Source: Marsupella aquatica (taxonomy: Eukaryota > Plantae > Marchantiophyta). Taken from it: DNA of 64,000 nucleotides. Below, in pieces: positions 1-12,790 of this stretch; position 1 is the first letter of the stretch; every line of letters starts with the position of its first letter. Where the stretch lies: assembly GCA_973895155.1 (NCBI GenBank), contig OZ316894.1, forward strand, positions 3,372,944 to 3,436,943. The letters are read 5' to 3'. The notes below the pieces were generated by a model that searched no databases, was not told the DNA's origin, and saw nothing but the letters and a program-made list of their open reading frames with translations. The position numbers and the translations under genes are program-made.

Positions 1-1080
1 CCTTTTCTTTAGTGGCAAAAATAATAGCTACTGTAGATTCCGCATATTTTGTGACAAGGCGGAAGTAAGGGCTTCGAGTGACTGTTCACTGGGACCTCAT
101 TTACCCTAGAGACAAGAGATTTTTTTAGTGGCGAAAAGTAGTTCTCAGTGGCAAAAATTGGCTAGATTCGGCCTGTTTTGTGAGAAGTGAAGTAAGGGCT
201 TCGAGTGAGTGTTCACTGGGACCTCATTTACCCTAGGGATAAGCGTTTTCTTGAGTGGCAAACATTAGCTAGAGTTCACATATTTTGTGACAAGTCGGAA
301 GCAAGGGATTCAAATTAGCTAGATTCGGCATATATTTTGTGAGAAGGGGAAGTTAGGGCTTCGAGTGACTGTTCACTGGGACCTCATTTACCCTAGTGAC
401 AAGTGATTTTTTTAGTGGCGGAAAGCAATTCTCAGTGGAAGAAATTAGCTAGATTCCCCATATTTTGTGACAAGGTGGAAGTAAGGGCTTCGAGTGACTG
501 TACACTGTGACCTCATTGACCATAGGGAGAAGTTGTTTTAGTGGGAACAAGTATTTCTTAGTGGCAGAAATCAGAGATTCCACATGTTTTGCGATGATGT
601 GGAAGTAAGGGCTTCGAGTGACTGTTCATTGGGACCTCATTTACCGTAGGGACCTGCCCTTCATTTAGTGGCGAAAATTAGCTAGATTCCATATTTGTGA
701 CAAGGTTTGGGCAGTTGGGGGCGAATATTTGCTAGATTTTTTCCACCATGGTGACAACTTTTGTTCCCTTGAGGCGGAAATTAGCTAGATTCCACCATTG
801 CACCATATTTTGGGCATTTGGAGCGAAAATAGCTACAGTACATTCCACCATTGTGACAAGTTTTGGGCACTTGAGGCGAAAGGTAGATTCCATCATTGTG
901 ACTAGTTTTGGCCACTTGAGGCGAAAATTAGGTCGATTCCACCGTGGTGACAAGTTTGGGGCACTTGGAGCGAAAATTAGGTCGATTCCACCAATGTAAC
1001 AAGTTTTGTTCACTTGGTACCAAAATCCTCATTTGTGACGACTTTTTTCCACTTGAGACTAAAATTGGCTAAATTTTGTT
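1..1080. repeat. Degenerate tandem repeat array (satellite-like), open at the window start
   Basis: The motif gaagtaagggcttcgagtgactgttcactgggacctcatttaccctag recurs near 61, 190, 350, 478 and 601. From about 720 to 1080 a shorter, roughly 60-bp unit (gcgaaaattagctagattccaccattgtgacaagttttgggcacttg) repeats. Confidence 0.85.
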
Positions 1081-3891
1081 ATCTTCCATTAACGAGTTTC
1101 CACTCACCCCATTAGTAGAATCCAATGGTTATCCTAATTCTAGGGAATCTGACAATCCAGATAATCCAAGAAAAATTGATCTTTTGTGGATCCTCTCCCC
1201 ATAGGTAGATTTTAAAAATGTGAGCACGTACATCGTCATGTAGTCAACCTTCTGTGCATAATAGGTAGCTCGCCAGCATAAAATGGTGGCACCCAATAGG
1301 CAGCAACACATGAGTGGATGAGGAATGGTCCCTCAGAATGGGAGAGAGGGAGTGAGGGAAATACAGTCTACACTCCCTAAGTACACAAGAAGAAACCACG
1401 GCTATGCAGTCCTTAAACCGTTCCTTATTTTCTGTTTGTATTTTTCAGGGCCATCTGGAGCGTAATGCCCTGGTCAAGATCTGGATCATCTTTTTACAAA
1501 GATTCTCCTCAACTTTTACTAAAGATAACAAGAATGAAATCTAGTAAAACTTTAAGTGTACTAAGTTCTTGTTTCCGGAGTATTATGGGCACTTATAGGC
1601 CCTCAAAACTCAAGCTGAATCTCTCATTTTTTTCAAGGAATTATATCCCCCAATGCCCTCCAACGAGGACTTTACTGTATACATATGGTTTTGTAGTATG
1701 TGATAAGTGCATGTTATTTTTAAACTTTGCACCTATAGATAAGTAGCATGACTGTTGATTCTTCCCGGGGATAGATTTCTCACCTTCAGCCCTCCCTCTC
1801 CCCCTCTATTACTTGTAACATTTCATCTCAAAATGCTCAGAAAAAAAGGAACGATCTATCAGACTTGCAATAAGGAATATTTTGCACTAATGGACTGTGC
1901 ACTCAGGTAGATCAGATAGTGTAAAGAAGGGAAAAGGCAAAGCCACAGTACATTGTGGTGAAACCGTTGCAAGGTTGCTTACAAAAACCGTAACTATGAG
2001 AAAAAGCTGTAAGAGCACCAGCACTGATTGGCTACAAAAGCAGTCACTACTAAAATCATAGCACTACGGACTACAATCAGGTTAGGGAGGGAGACAAATG
2101 GCAGGCCCTGGGCAAAGACACTATAGTAGCTTGGTTCATATATATTGGTGTCTGACCAGTCATGACGGGTGCCCCAACCCTCAACAGTCCCATGTCCCAT
2201 GGTGTAGTCAATGTATTTGAGACGTCCTATTACATTCTATTGAAAGCGGTTACATAAAACAGCGCAACCTATGAAAAAAAGTAGTAAGAGTGCCCCTGTT
2301 GGGCTGGCTAGGTCCGCAGATATGTCTTCAGAAGTGTGCCAGTAGTAATTTATGGGGATTGTAATTGAATTTGGTGTAGATTTGTGTTACAACTGTAATG
2401 AGAAGTGCAAAATGGAGTAGGACATCCCTTCATTGAGATTTGAGAGTGTTCACTAGTCATGAAAGTTACTGACAGGACTGCGATACTAGTCACTAGCACA
2501 CGGATCTCAAAGAGCACAACATAAATACGCAATTGGTAGCAATAATAGTTTCTTGGGGGCCCACTTAGTATAGAATGCAATACCGTGAACAAGACAATGT
2601 GTGATTTGAAATACTCCTATTATCAACAAGCACCAAGTGACCAAGAGCAAGCTCCAAACAATGATCTGCATCCTGGTTGTTCGTCCTGCCTCCCTCCGTC
2701 CCTTCCTCCCTCCCTCCCCCAACCTTGGGGGCATCTTCTCTTCCATGGATCTAACCTCCAACTGTCACCACCCCCTCCCTCTCCTGGTGAATCTCAAGCT
2801 GCCTCTACCGTCCGTATCTTGTCTTCGATCTATTATTGAACAAAAACCCTGCTGAGGGCTAGACTCTTTACAATATTTTAGTGTCACTAAACAATTAGTA
2901 TCACACACACTAATTAGGGGAAGCCCTTGAATTTTCATACAAGTAACACAATTTTCATACAAGTTACACTATACCATAATAGTGTCACACACACTAATAA
3001 CAATCACCCAACCCAAATATAACCTCACACTAAATAGAGTGTATGAGACTAAATATTGTATAGAGTGTAGCTCAAAGTGCCCATTGGTTACATTGGGCCA
3101 GGTTGATATGTCTTTCCTCAATTTTGGCTCAACAATGGAGACTTTTGGCACCTTCCCTCAACTGAAGCCCAACCTCACTTTTGCTCTCCCGTCCATTGCA
3201 CGTAAGCAACTTCTTTTTTGCACTGGTTACTTTTCTTGTCATTGAATGAGACAAAAACAACCGTCCACTGTTCAGTCTCCCGTACTTTTCTCCCTTTTCC
3301 CTCTTTTTTCTCTTACATTAGGGACAATGAATCCAATATTCAATAAGACAAAATAGGCATGTACTAGGATGAAACATACTCTTTTTTGCTTCCAAATTCT
3401 TATTCTGTCAAGCGTTTTGGCGTGTATGATGGCATCAGTTTTTTCCTCTGATCCAATTGGTCAAAGACTTGTTTCACGAAGATGTCTATTGGAATCTTAC
3501 CCTATCTGGAATTCTGTTTTGTTTGGCCTGAAAATTCTAATTGTCAGTCATATGAAGACCATGCATGATAGCAGCAAAGTTTTCCTAGTACGAGACTACA
3601 GTAGTAGTCAAAGAGCAGTCGCTAAGTTTGACTGTTTTACGTGGGATTAAATTAAATGGTCAATTTATGTTGGCCAGTGGGATTATATTGGAATCCTGCT
3701 GGCCAACTACTGTACAGTATAGTGAGGCATCTAAGTGAGCAGCCAAATCATTAAAAAAAATACCCAGAGGACCTCGGCAATCAGTAGGATTGCGTGCAGT
3801 ATCTACTTCGATGCTTAAGAATCCCGCCAAAAGTACTCACGTGGTATATAACTTGGATGGAGGACCAAAACTTAACCATCATATGTTTTAT

Positions 3892-3983
3892 TGTGATAAT
3901 GGAATGAGAATGAATAGGTGAATAGCCATGAGTGGTGGTACATATAGTCATGTCTGGTGACCGGCTGGAGGTAGAGTCTAACA
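3892..3983 (-). repeat. 3' LTR of the Bianca-like element (92 bp)
   Basis: Base-for-base identical to 8480-8571; adjacent to the PPT (ccaaaggggag on the minus strand). Confidence 0.95.
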
Positions 3984-4308
3984 CTCCCCTTTGGATATAT
4001 AGTGACAACTATATAGACAACATAGACTATACCTATTATATCATGTTCATAGAAAATACATGATATAAGTACAAGCGAGGTAGACTGCCTCGTTAAAAAA
4101 CCTTTATCAACTCTAACTTAGTAAAAACTCTACCAGTTTAACAGAGAAAAATATGAGTGCTAAAGGAAAAAGACTACAGCCTAACAGTTCTCGTCGTAAT
4201 GAATGTCAATAGTGTATAAAGTTAGATGCTATAGTAAATCTAGCTTTAACATCTGTTTCATCAGTCGGTCGTCAGCAGCGTATCATAAGCATCATGTCGT
4301 CAGCATCA

Positions 4309-6299
4309 TCAGGTATCATGTGGAGCAGTAGCCTCCATGGTCATCATGCGTCGCACGCTCCGTAGTCCAATCGTCTGGCAGTGTCGGCGATGAATTGATG
4401 ACGATAGGGATTTGGTGAAGAGATCCGCACAATTGTCTGCACTTGAAATCTGCAAAATGTTGATCTCTTTTCCGTGTAACTCGTGGGTGTAGAAAAACTT
4501 TGGAGCTATATGTTTCACGCGATCGCCTTTGATGAATCCTTTTGTGATCTATTGTATACATGTTGCGTTATCCTCAAAAATGTTAGTAGGCTTCGTTAGT
4601 GGTGGTAGGCCGCATTTGGTGTTGATGTGGTTTATAAAGGATCGTAACCAAACGGCTTCACGACTAGCCTCATGTAGAGCTAAGATTTCTGAGTGATTCG
4701 ATGAGGTTGCTGTTAGGGTCTGTTTCACGCTTTTCCAAGAAAAAGCGGTACCCCCTATGGTAAAAATGTATCCAGTTTGGGATTTTGCGGTGTCAGTGTC
4801 GGAAAGATATCCGACATCCGCATATCCTATGAGCTCGTGGTTTGCACCGAATGGGTAAAATAACCCGGTATCGGTGGTTCCACGTAGGTATCTAAATACG
4901 TATTTAACTCCATTCCAGTGTCTGGCTGTGGGAGTTGCACTATGTCTAGCTAGTAAGTTAACTGCAAATGCAATGTCTGGTCGTGTCTGATTTGCTAGGT
5001 ACATTAATGCTCCTATCGCAGAAAGATACGGAGTTTCTGGTCCTAATAGTGGTTCATGTTCTTCGCGTTTGCGAAAAACATCAGTATTGTTTTATAATGA
5101 ACGTACAACCATTGGTGACGTCAATGGGTGTGCTAGGTTCATATTGAACTGTTTTAGGATCTTTTCAGTTTGTGTTGTCTGATGGAGCATCATGCCAGTG
5201 GGTAAGATCTCCAGTTGTAAGCCTAAGCAAAAGTTTGTATGTCCAAGGTCTTTCATCTCAAATGTTGATTTAAGATTGGTAATAGTATCTTCTATAAGTT
5301 GGGGTGTCCCAAATATATTTAAGTCATCAAAATAAATAGAAACGATGACATATTCGTCATCCACATGTTTAATAAATAAACATGGTGTAATGACATCATA
5401 GGAAAAACCCATGGCAATCATTTTATCAGTAAATCTTTGATACCATACTCTGTCACTTTGTTTAAGGCCATATAATGCCTTCAACACGCGGATAGCTAAT
5501 CCACGGCGAGTATTCCGTACGGTTGACACAACGATGTCATTATTATGGGTTAAATGTGTAGATGACACATGAGGTGTAGCTTGAGATAATTGTGTTATAA
5601 TCTTATGTAAATATGGGATATGCGATTTAGCGCCTTGAGCTAAAGCTCGGCGACGTTGCTCCAACTCAGGAGGTGATCGCATGTATAGACAAGTGTCTAA
5701 AGTGCCATATAGATATGCAGTTGCAACATCCATTTGTCGCATTTGTAGTTTATGGAAAATGGCAAATCTGATAAGGTATCGGAATGTTGTGCTATCCATA
5801 ACCGGTGAGTAAGTTTCATCGTAATGAATTCCCGGTTGTTGGGTAAATCCTTTCCCTACCAGACGTGCTTTGTAGCGTACAACTTGGCCTTTATCATTTC
5901 TTTTGCGGACAAATGTCCACTTGTAGCCAATTAGATGTACGTCTTGCGGTGTTGGCTCGACTGGGCCAAAAGTGTGTCTGCTGAGTAGGGAATCTAATTC
6001 TCCATTTATAGTTTTTTGCCATTCAGGCCAATCTGGTCTGTTTTGGCATTCTAAGATAGATATTGGTTCGGGTGTATCGTCAGTGATATGTGTTGCCACC
6101 ATTAATGCAAAAGCATCATCTATTGAAGTAGTATTTCTGTCCCACATCGCACCTGTGTGTGCGTAGTGGATAGAGATCTCTTCATGGGATGTAGATTCGG
6201 TATGATCGACATCAGTTGAAGGTGGTATAGATGAACCACGCCTTCGTGGTTGTTTATCTTTTGATCCCAAGGGTCTACCTCATTTTGCACGAGGTTGTT
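4309..6299 (-). pseudogene. Copia reverse transcriptase-RNase H with in-frame stops
   Basis: YKARLVGKGFTQQPG, ALYGLKQS, YFDD, GYADVGY, IFEDNA and ADLFTKSL. ORFs 5092-6270, 4549-5004 and 4309-4518 share one frame and are separated by single stop codons. Confidence 0.92.
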
Positions 6300-7144
6300 C
6301 TACCACCGCCGCGTCCTCCGCGTCCGCCACATCCGCCACGTCCTCCTCATCCACCACGTCCTCCACATCCTCGAAAGGTTCGTTGGGAGTTATATTGTGG
6401 ACGTTGGTTATAGAAACTCCCCCTGTTGTGGGTGTTTCTCCGGTTGCTATTCTTAGTGCGTTTAATGCCTTGCCTCGATGTGGAGGGTTCATCGTTTTCT
6501 ATGTTATGGGTTTCATTCTGTTGTCCTGAGGGCATTGTGCCCGCAGGTCATTTTCTAGAGTTTACGAAAAGAAGTTCTTGGTTTCTTTCGGTGACTAGGA
6601 GGTGGGCTATGAGCTCGGAGTATTGCCCGAACTTCATGTTTCGATACTGTGTTGATAGCCACACATTCGATGAATGAAATGTCGACAAGGTCTTCTCTAG
6701 CAGATCCTTGTCTGTGACCGGCTCGCCGCATAGTGCGAGGGTTGATGTTATTCTAAAGAGTTCGCTATTGTAGGCTGAAATAGAGGTAAAGTCTTGGACT
6801 CGCAGGTTTAGCCAGTCTTGCCTGGCTTTAGGTAGTTCAACCAATTTTTGGTGGTCGAATCGGGTTTGGAGCGCTGTCCAAAGTTCACGAGGGGTTGAGA
6901 GGTGCATGTATTGTCTTTGTAGGAATCTATGGATATGGCGTCTAAGGAATACAAGGGCCTTAGATACATTGGCTTTAGTTAACGGGTCTGGTTGGGGTTC
7001 GCCAACTAGTATAGGTAAAGTCATCCCTATAGCTGGGAGTAGGGTTAGCGAGGTAAGGTTCTCTCTGAGGTTCATCGACCATTCCAGGTAGTTGCTACCA
7101 TCGATGTCTAGGGCTGGAAATGTTAATTTCTCTAGGTTGGTCAT
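6300..7144 (-). pseudogene. Copia gag with in-frame stops and an RGG-rich C-terminus
   Basis: ORF 6548-7144 (ELWTALQTRFDH, WLNLRVQDF, LLEKTLSTF) continues in frame past TGA stops at 6548 and 6347 into GGRGG repeats. Confidence 0.88.
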
Positions 7145-8465
7145 TGTGGTGATGGCTTGATTCCTTTTAATGGTAGTTGAGGCTTATATACTAGTAAGTA
7201 TAGTAGGAAACGACAAAGCACATTTCTGCGGCATGCAAAGTGGGGCTGGGTGGAGAGAGCATGCAAATCCGGAATTCAATTTTAGGGTTTGCACTTAGGA
7301 TTTAGGTTTTCCTTGCTATTTGGTTAACTGCAAATTTTCCTTTGTATTTGCTTTTTCCTTTGTTAAACTGTGCAGTAATGGAATTGTGCAGTTTGTGCAG
7401 TTATGGGTGGTAATATACTCGTGCATTGGTTAAGTGCACATGCAGCTTTGTAAAGTAAATTTTTCTTGGTTACGGTGTGCAGTTATGCGGATGTGCGCTT
7501 AGGTTTTGCAGTTATGGTTAAGTGCAAATTTTCCTTTGTAACTGGAATCTCCTTGACAGAGTTTGCACTTAAAGAGGGTTTTGCGGTTATGGAGCGTGCA
7601 CTTAGCGGTTTGAGTTTTCTTCGATGTTTTGTCGATGTATCTGGCAGCGATGTTGCGCTTTCTCTCGAGCTTGGCCTGCTCGTGCGTTTCTGCTGCTATC
7701 TTCACGTCCTCCGCTTCAAATTCTTCTCTCGCTTTCCTTATGCTGCTTTCAATTTCGCCTTCTTCTCTTATCTCTTTATATCAGCTGCTTCAATGTCGGG
7801 GCTCTCATTCTTATGGTGTCCCTTTTGAATTCCTTCATCGAGTTGTGACAGCATCGGCTATCTTCGGCTTCAGGTTTCTACTCGCTCTGGGTTTTGCCTG
7901 CTTCTCTTCTCACTGTATTTTCCCCTCGCTAAGTCGAAGTCCTGGGGCCGATGCTGCTTTCAATCTTTCTATTCCTTCTATTTTATGTCACTTTCGCATC
8001 GATCTGGCTACCCTGCAGGTTTGCGATTCCTAGCAAATTTGAGTCTATTCTGCTTCTCTGCATAAAAGAAATCTAATCTCAAGTGAATTCTGCGAGCGTT
8101 TCTTCTTCTACGGCCTCAAGACCATCCTGGCGCTCTTCCTGCTAGATCATCTGCACATTTTTCAGGTTTCTGCCGAGCTCGTGCGCCTCTTCATCGTGGT
8201 GTCCTTAGCCGATCCTGTTCAATTTTTGGGGTCTCCTCAATTTTTGAAAGTTCTTATGGCCTCCTCATTGTCTTTTCTTCCCTCTGTCCTTATCTTCTCT
8301 TTTGCTATTCAATTTTTCCTCTCAATCTCCTTAGCCCTTGCTCAAGTAAAAACGAGACGTGCGTACTCTAGTGCCAATCACGCTGTATCCATTCGGCATT
8401 TAAAACAAATTCACAATCTTCCATGGTCTGTTCTCTCCTTTCTTCTTGGCTCCATTGGTAAGTCC

Positions 8466-8479
8466 TCGTGCTGATAACG
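8466..8479 (-). promoter_or_regulatory. Primer binding site CGTTATCAGCACGA (internal/half-tRNA type, tRNA-Ile anticodon arm)
   Basis: Abuts the 5' LTR and lacks the TGG of 3'-end tRNA priming; the plus strand TCGTGCTGATAACG resembles the plant tRNA-Ile anticodon stem-loop. Confidence 0.75.
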
Positions 8480-8571
8480 TGTGATAATGGAATGAGAATG
8501 AATAGGTGAATAGCCATGAGTGGTGGTACATATAGTCATGTCTGGTGACCGGCTGGAGGTAGAGTCTAACA
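8480..8571 (-). repeat. 5' LTR of the Bianca-like element (92 bp)
   Basis: Identical to 3892-3983; followed on the minus strand by the PBS. Confidence 0.95.
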
Positions 8572-11216
8572 TTTATGGTTTTCTTGACATTGTTGGGTCG
8601 ATTGAAATAGGGTGCTCATTAGTTGCGAAAGTATTTCATTTGCCGCGGTTCTTTATTGGATGATTTTATGGACTCGATATAATTGGCTGCTGCAAGGGGT
8701 ACGTGATGTATGTGTACAGGGATACAATATACCGTACTGGTACATAGACATTAGATGGTTTATCAAATAAGGCTGTACCTGTAGTACCTTACTTGGTACA
8801 TGGCAGGCCTGAGAGATTTGTGCTATGGGGAGGGGATCTTGCAAGGGGCGTCTATTTTTGTTTTTACTTTTCTCTTGAGATGGAGGTGAAGTCATGGGGC
8901 CAAGGTGGATCCTTGCACAGCCCCCTCCCTCTTTGCCTGTTTTTTTGGAGGTGGGGCGGGATGGGGTGCATTTTGGCTTTTTCATTTTTGGATGGGGGGA
9001 ATCATAGGGCCTCCCACATTGCTTCTTTTTGGCCCCCATTAAAACTTTACCTTATCTTTGTCTCCCAATTTATTTTCTTTGCATTGGTTCTTTACAATCT
9101 ACCAACACATTTGACATTAACAACACCTTGTATCTGATTTCCATATTTTCTTTTTTCAAGATGGGGAGCACGGTTTGGCAAGGAGGGAGAGGGAGAGAGA
9201 GGAGGGAATTGTAAGCTAAGGGGGGTTTGGGGAGGGAAATAAAAACTTGTATGCTCAACACCTTGTTAAGAATTGACTCAAGTTCCTGACTTCTAGTTAG
9301 TTTGGCCTTAGTAGGGTTAGTTAACCTTGGATTACATTAGGATAAGATCCGCTTAGTTTAGGCCTACACATCTCGGCCCCCTTGGGGGGTATAGGTTGGC
9401 GGGAGAGCATTCTCTCTCTCATTTTTCACATGTATTTCTCATGAGCTATGGATCCTTCAGGAGTTTCTCCATCGTGGTGTCTTGTTGATGTAGTGTGAGA
9501 TTGAGAGCTCTCATGTTCCGCATTGTTGTCTAGTCCAGAGCTGACGGCTTCTTACACACCTTTGCTCAACCTGTCCTCATGTTTAAATTAGCCTTAATCA
9601 GAGTGGCTCTCTCCCAACTGTGTCGTAGCTCTTGCCTCAACTCTTGCTCCAACTCTCCCTAATCATTTATGCCTTCTATCCAATGTTGTCAACTGGTAGT
9701 CATCCACGCTTGCAACCAGCGGCACCATTTGACAACCTGGATTGTGTGCAACAATAACATTACACAAGGACAACACTTTTCACATTCAAGTACAACTCTT
9801 CACAATGGCACACTTTCCACAACTTACCATGTAATGTCTTTCCATGCCAAGAACACGTTTGCAACAACTACCTGATTGCAAAGACGACTGTGCAATGCAC
9901 AGACATTAGGCTAGTGAGATATATAGGCTAGTGAGATATATGAATAATCTCAGTCTCTTATAAAAATGTGTTGTATAGAATCATTATAGTAACAATTTAA
10001 GACAATTAGCCAATAAGATGTTCAAATGAACCAAAATTTTGATCTTTGATCTACAGTAATGGAAGTAGAAAAGGTGGGTTAGTTATTGCAGTTGGCCACT
10101 CAATTTGTTTCTGACTAGTTAAATACCAGTGCATATTCTAAAGATCTTGAGGTTAGACAAAGATGTACTGAAGTGTAGGTGAGGCAAGGAAATTCTGTGG
10201 CAAGGAGGTGTTGGTGAGGCAAGGAAAAATTCTCAAGACATGGGAGTCATTGAGACTAGCCAGTGTCATCAAAGGTGTTTTGTATGCCACAAAAGTGCTG
10301 TTGAAGCAAAGCCAAGTCACCATTGTAAACAAATGCAAATGATGGAATAAACTGTTATCCTTTGTTGCCGGCCACCAACTAAAAATAATACAATGGATAC
10401 GTGGACCCCCGCGATTTAAAAAAAAGAGGGATGGTCCGGATGTGCCAAGAGCACAGACCCCGCCATGCAAGGAAAAACCGAGGGCCAAGCAGCTTGTGCC
10501 GAGAGCACGGACCCCAATGGCCAGGAAAAATAGAAGGCATGCAGGGGTGGGGCAGGCCCAAGCACAGACCCCACATAGGAAGACAAAAAGAGTGTGTGAG
10601 GGGGGGGGGGGGGGGTTGCGTGGGCCCACATAGGAAGAAAAAAGAGGACCGGCAGGCCGCAAGCTTGGACCCATGCAGGGAGACAAAAGGGTGGGGGCAT
10701 CGCCATGAGGGAGGACTGTGTGAGGGAAGCGTAATAGATGGGGCCACGTGGATGGGGAAGGATAATCCAGAAGAAACTTTTAATGGATCCAATGGTCCAA
10801 CAAAAGAGCTCAAAACTCAACGGCCAAGATTTCTTTATGCTTTTCTCACTTTCACATCCAAACATGGGAGAGAAAGGTGTAACTTTATATTATATTGAAC
10901 AGCTTTTCGTATATGGGCTACCTTGGTGAACTCATTTTACATCTAACCTTGTTTGTTGTATTGTATACACGTTGTAAAACCATGGCAGTGTTTGTTCTAA
11001 TTTCAAGTAACTTTAGTGGCAATGTATTTAGAAACTGTTTAAGTGAAACAGACAGACCCCCCTCCCTCCTTTTTTAAGTTCCCTTTTTCCTTCCCTTCTG
11101 CTTTCTCTTTTCCATTTTCTGCCGCCCTGGCCCTCCTCCCCCCCTGCCCTCTTGTGAATCTTTCTCCCGTCCCCACCCTTACGTTGTTTTCCTATGTGAA
11201 GTATGGGGAATCCAAC

Positions 11217-11935
11217 TCTCATGTTTTGTCTTATTCATATTTGTGTATCATGAATTTTTATTTGAATGTACCTTAACAAGGGGCATCCTTTGTATCACAT
11301 AGACTTTTAATTCATTTTTGGACCATATTTGTGTATCATGAATTTTTATTTGAATGTACCTTAACAAGGGGCATCCTTTGTATCACAAAGACTTTTAATT
11401 CATTTTTGGACCCCTTTAAATTTTTGGTATTCTAGTGTTTTGAATTTATTTTGGCAGCCCCCTTAATTTGTATAATTTGTAAAGTACTAGAGAGAAACTA
11501 AGGGCTTCATTTTCTACAGCTTTTAAGTATACTCATGAGTGAGAGGAATGATTCTAAGAAATGTCAGCACATCCTGTCTTAAGCTCCCCTTGTGACTTTC
11601 TTTCCTAAGTTTATGGTTTTTATTGAGATACACACTGAAATATGTGCACAACTCGTAGGATCTTTGTGTAATAAAATTGTACTTTCCATTGGTCACTATG
11701 TACTTTTATTGCATGTGCTTTATTTATATTATTTGATTTCATTGTGCACAACTCGTAGCAATTTTGTTTATACTTTCCATTTGGTCACTATGTGCTTTTA
11801 TTGAGTGTACTTTATTTATATTATTTGATTTCATTCACATTTAATATGTATTCTAGTCTTACTCTTTAATTTTGTCCACTTAATATCACTTCAAGACAAA
11901 AAGTAAAGCATGTTCCAGGATGAGCATGCTATATG
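11217..11935 (+). repeat. AT-rich dispersed repeat, copy 1 (with an internal duplication of about 85 bp)
   Basis: Colinear similarity to about 47410-47925, from gaatgtaccttaacaaggggcatcctttgtatca through agacaaaaagtaaagcatgttccaggatgagcatgctatat. Confidence 0.85.
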
Positions 11936-12261
11936 GGGAATTGCAAGGAAGCTCCCCCTTCCTGAGTGGTACTGTTCATATAGAATAGAATATTAATAAA
12001 TCAATTGTAAGGGTATCTTACCACTCTTTTCGAGTTCTTTGATCTGGTTATCATAAATAGATTATTCCCCTCCCGAAAAGAGCGTAGGCACATTTTTCAT
12101 TCATGCATTTTGTTTGTAGGTTGGAAGATTACAAGGTCGGGAAGCAATTGGAAAGATTGGAAGGAAAACAAAGTCAAGGGGAGTGAAAGGTGGGCAAAGG
12201 AGTATACAACCTAAATCGACCATTCTGAAACATTACCTTTCACTTAAATAACAACATATCT

Positions 12262-12790
12262 TTCTGACTCGGATTTACTACATTGTCAAGTTTTTTTTGG
12301 TATTATACATATCTTGCCACTGATTTTTTCCTATTTGTCACTACTCTTTTTGTTCATAGGTTGAGAAAACTAACCTGGGTTAGCTCCTTCACATCCAGTG
12401 GCTCTCATCACACACAGTTTCATGATCAGAAGGCTTGGGTCTATCTCCCTCAAGGTGACTTTGACCATCATTAGGAGGACAAGAGCAAAAGCTATGCATA
12501 GGGACAGGCTAGCTTTGGACAAAGGCTGTGCGTAGGATGGGAGGACAGGACCACCCGGCACACTCCTTGGTCAACTGACCCAAGGGTGGTCAAGGTCACC
12601 TTGAGGGAGACACTGGGCGTTTCATTATGATACTGGGTGATGCTACCCATTGGATGTGAAGGGGCTAACCTAGGTTAGTTTTCTTAACCTACAAAAAAAA
12701 CAATGGCATTGGGTTAAACGAAAAAATCTGTGGTAAATATGATTGTATTATGCCAAAAAAGAGTGACAATCTAATAAATCTCAGATCTTT
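12262..12790. mobile_element. Foldback / MITE-like element with imperfect inverted arms of about 200 bp
   Basis: About 12262-12470 is the reverse complement of about 12587-12790 (e.g. tctccctcaaggtgactttgacca versus tggtcaaggtcaccttgagggaga; gaaaactaacc versus ggttagttttc). No TSD was resolved. Confidence 0.7.

Larger units (their letters stand above)
3892..8571 (-). mobile_element. Bianca-like Ty1/copia LTR retrotransposon, internally deleted (no protease or integrase), non-autonomous
   Basis: Identical 92-bp TG...CA LTRs at 3892-3983 and 8480-8571; TSD TTTAT at 3887-3891 and 8572-8576; PPT at 3984-3994. Gag start MTNLEKLTFPALDIDGSNYLEW, the GRPLGSKDK motif and KHIAPKFFYTHEL are Bianca-type signatures. 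Confidence 0.93.

Noticed and set aside
6231-6413. Extensin-like PPRPPHPP ORF
   Set aside because: It is the reverse complement of the Gag GGRGG tract.
10153-10929. Cluster of overlapping 140-177 aa ORFs
   Set aside because: GC-rich, low-complexity repeat-derived sequence with ORFs in several frames and no domain motifs or splice structure.
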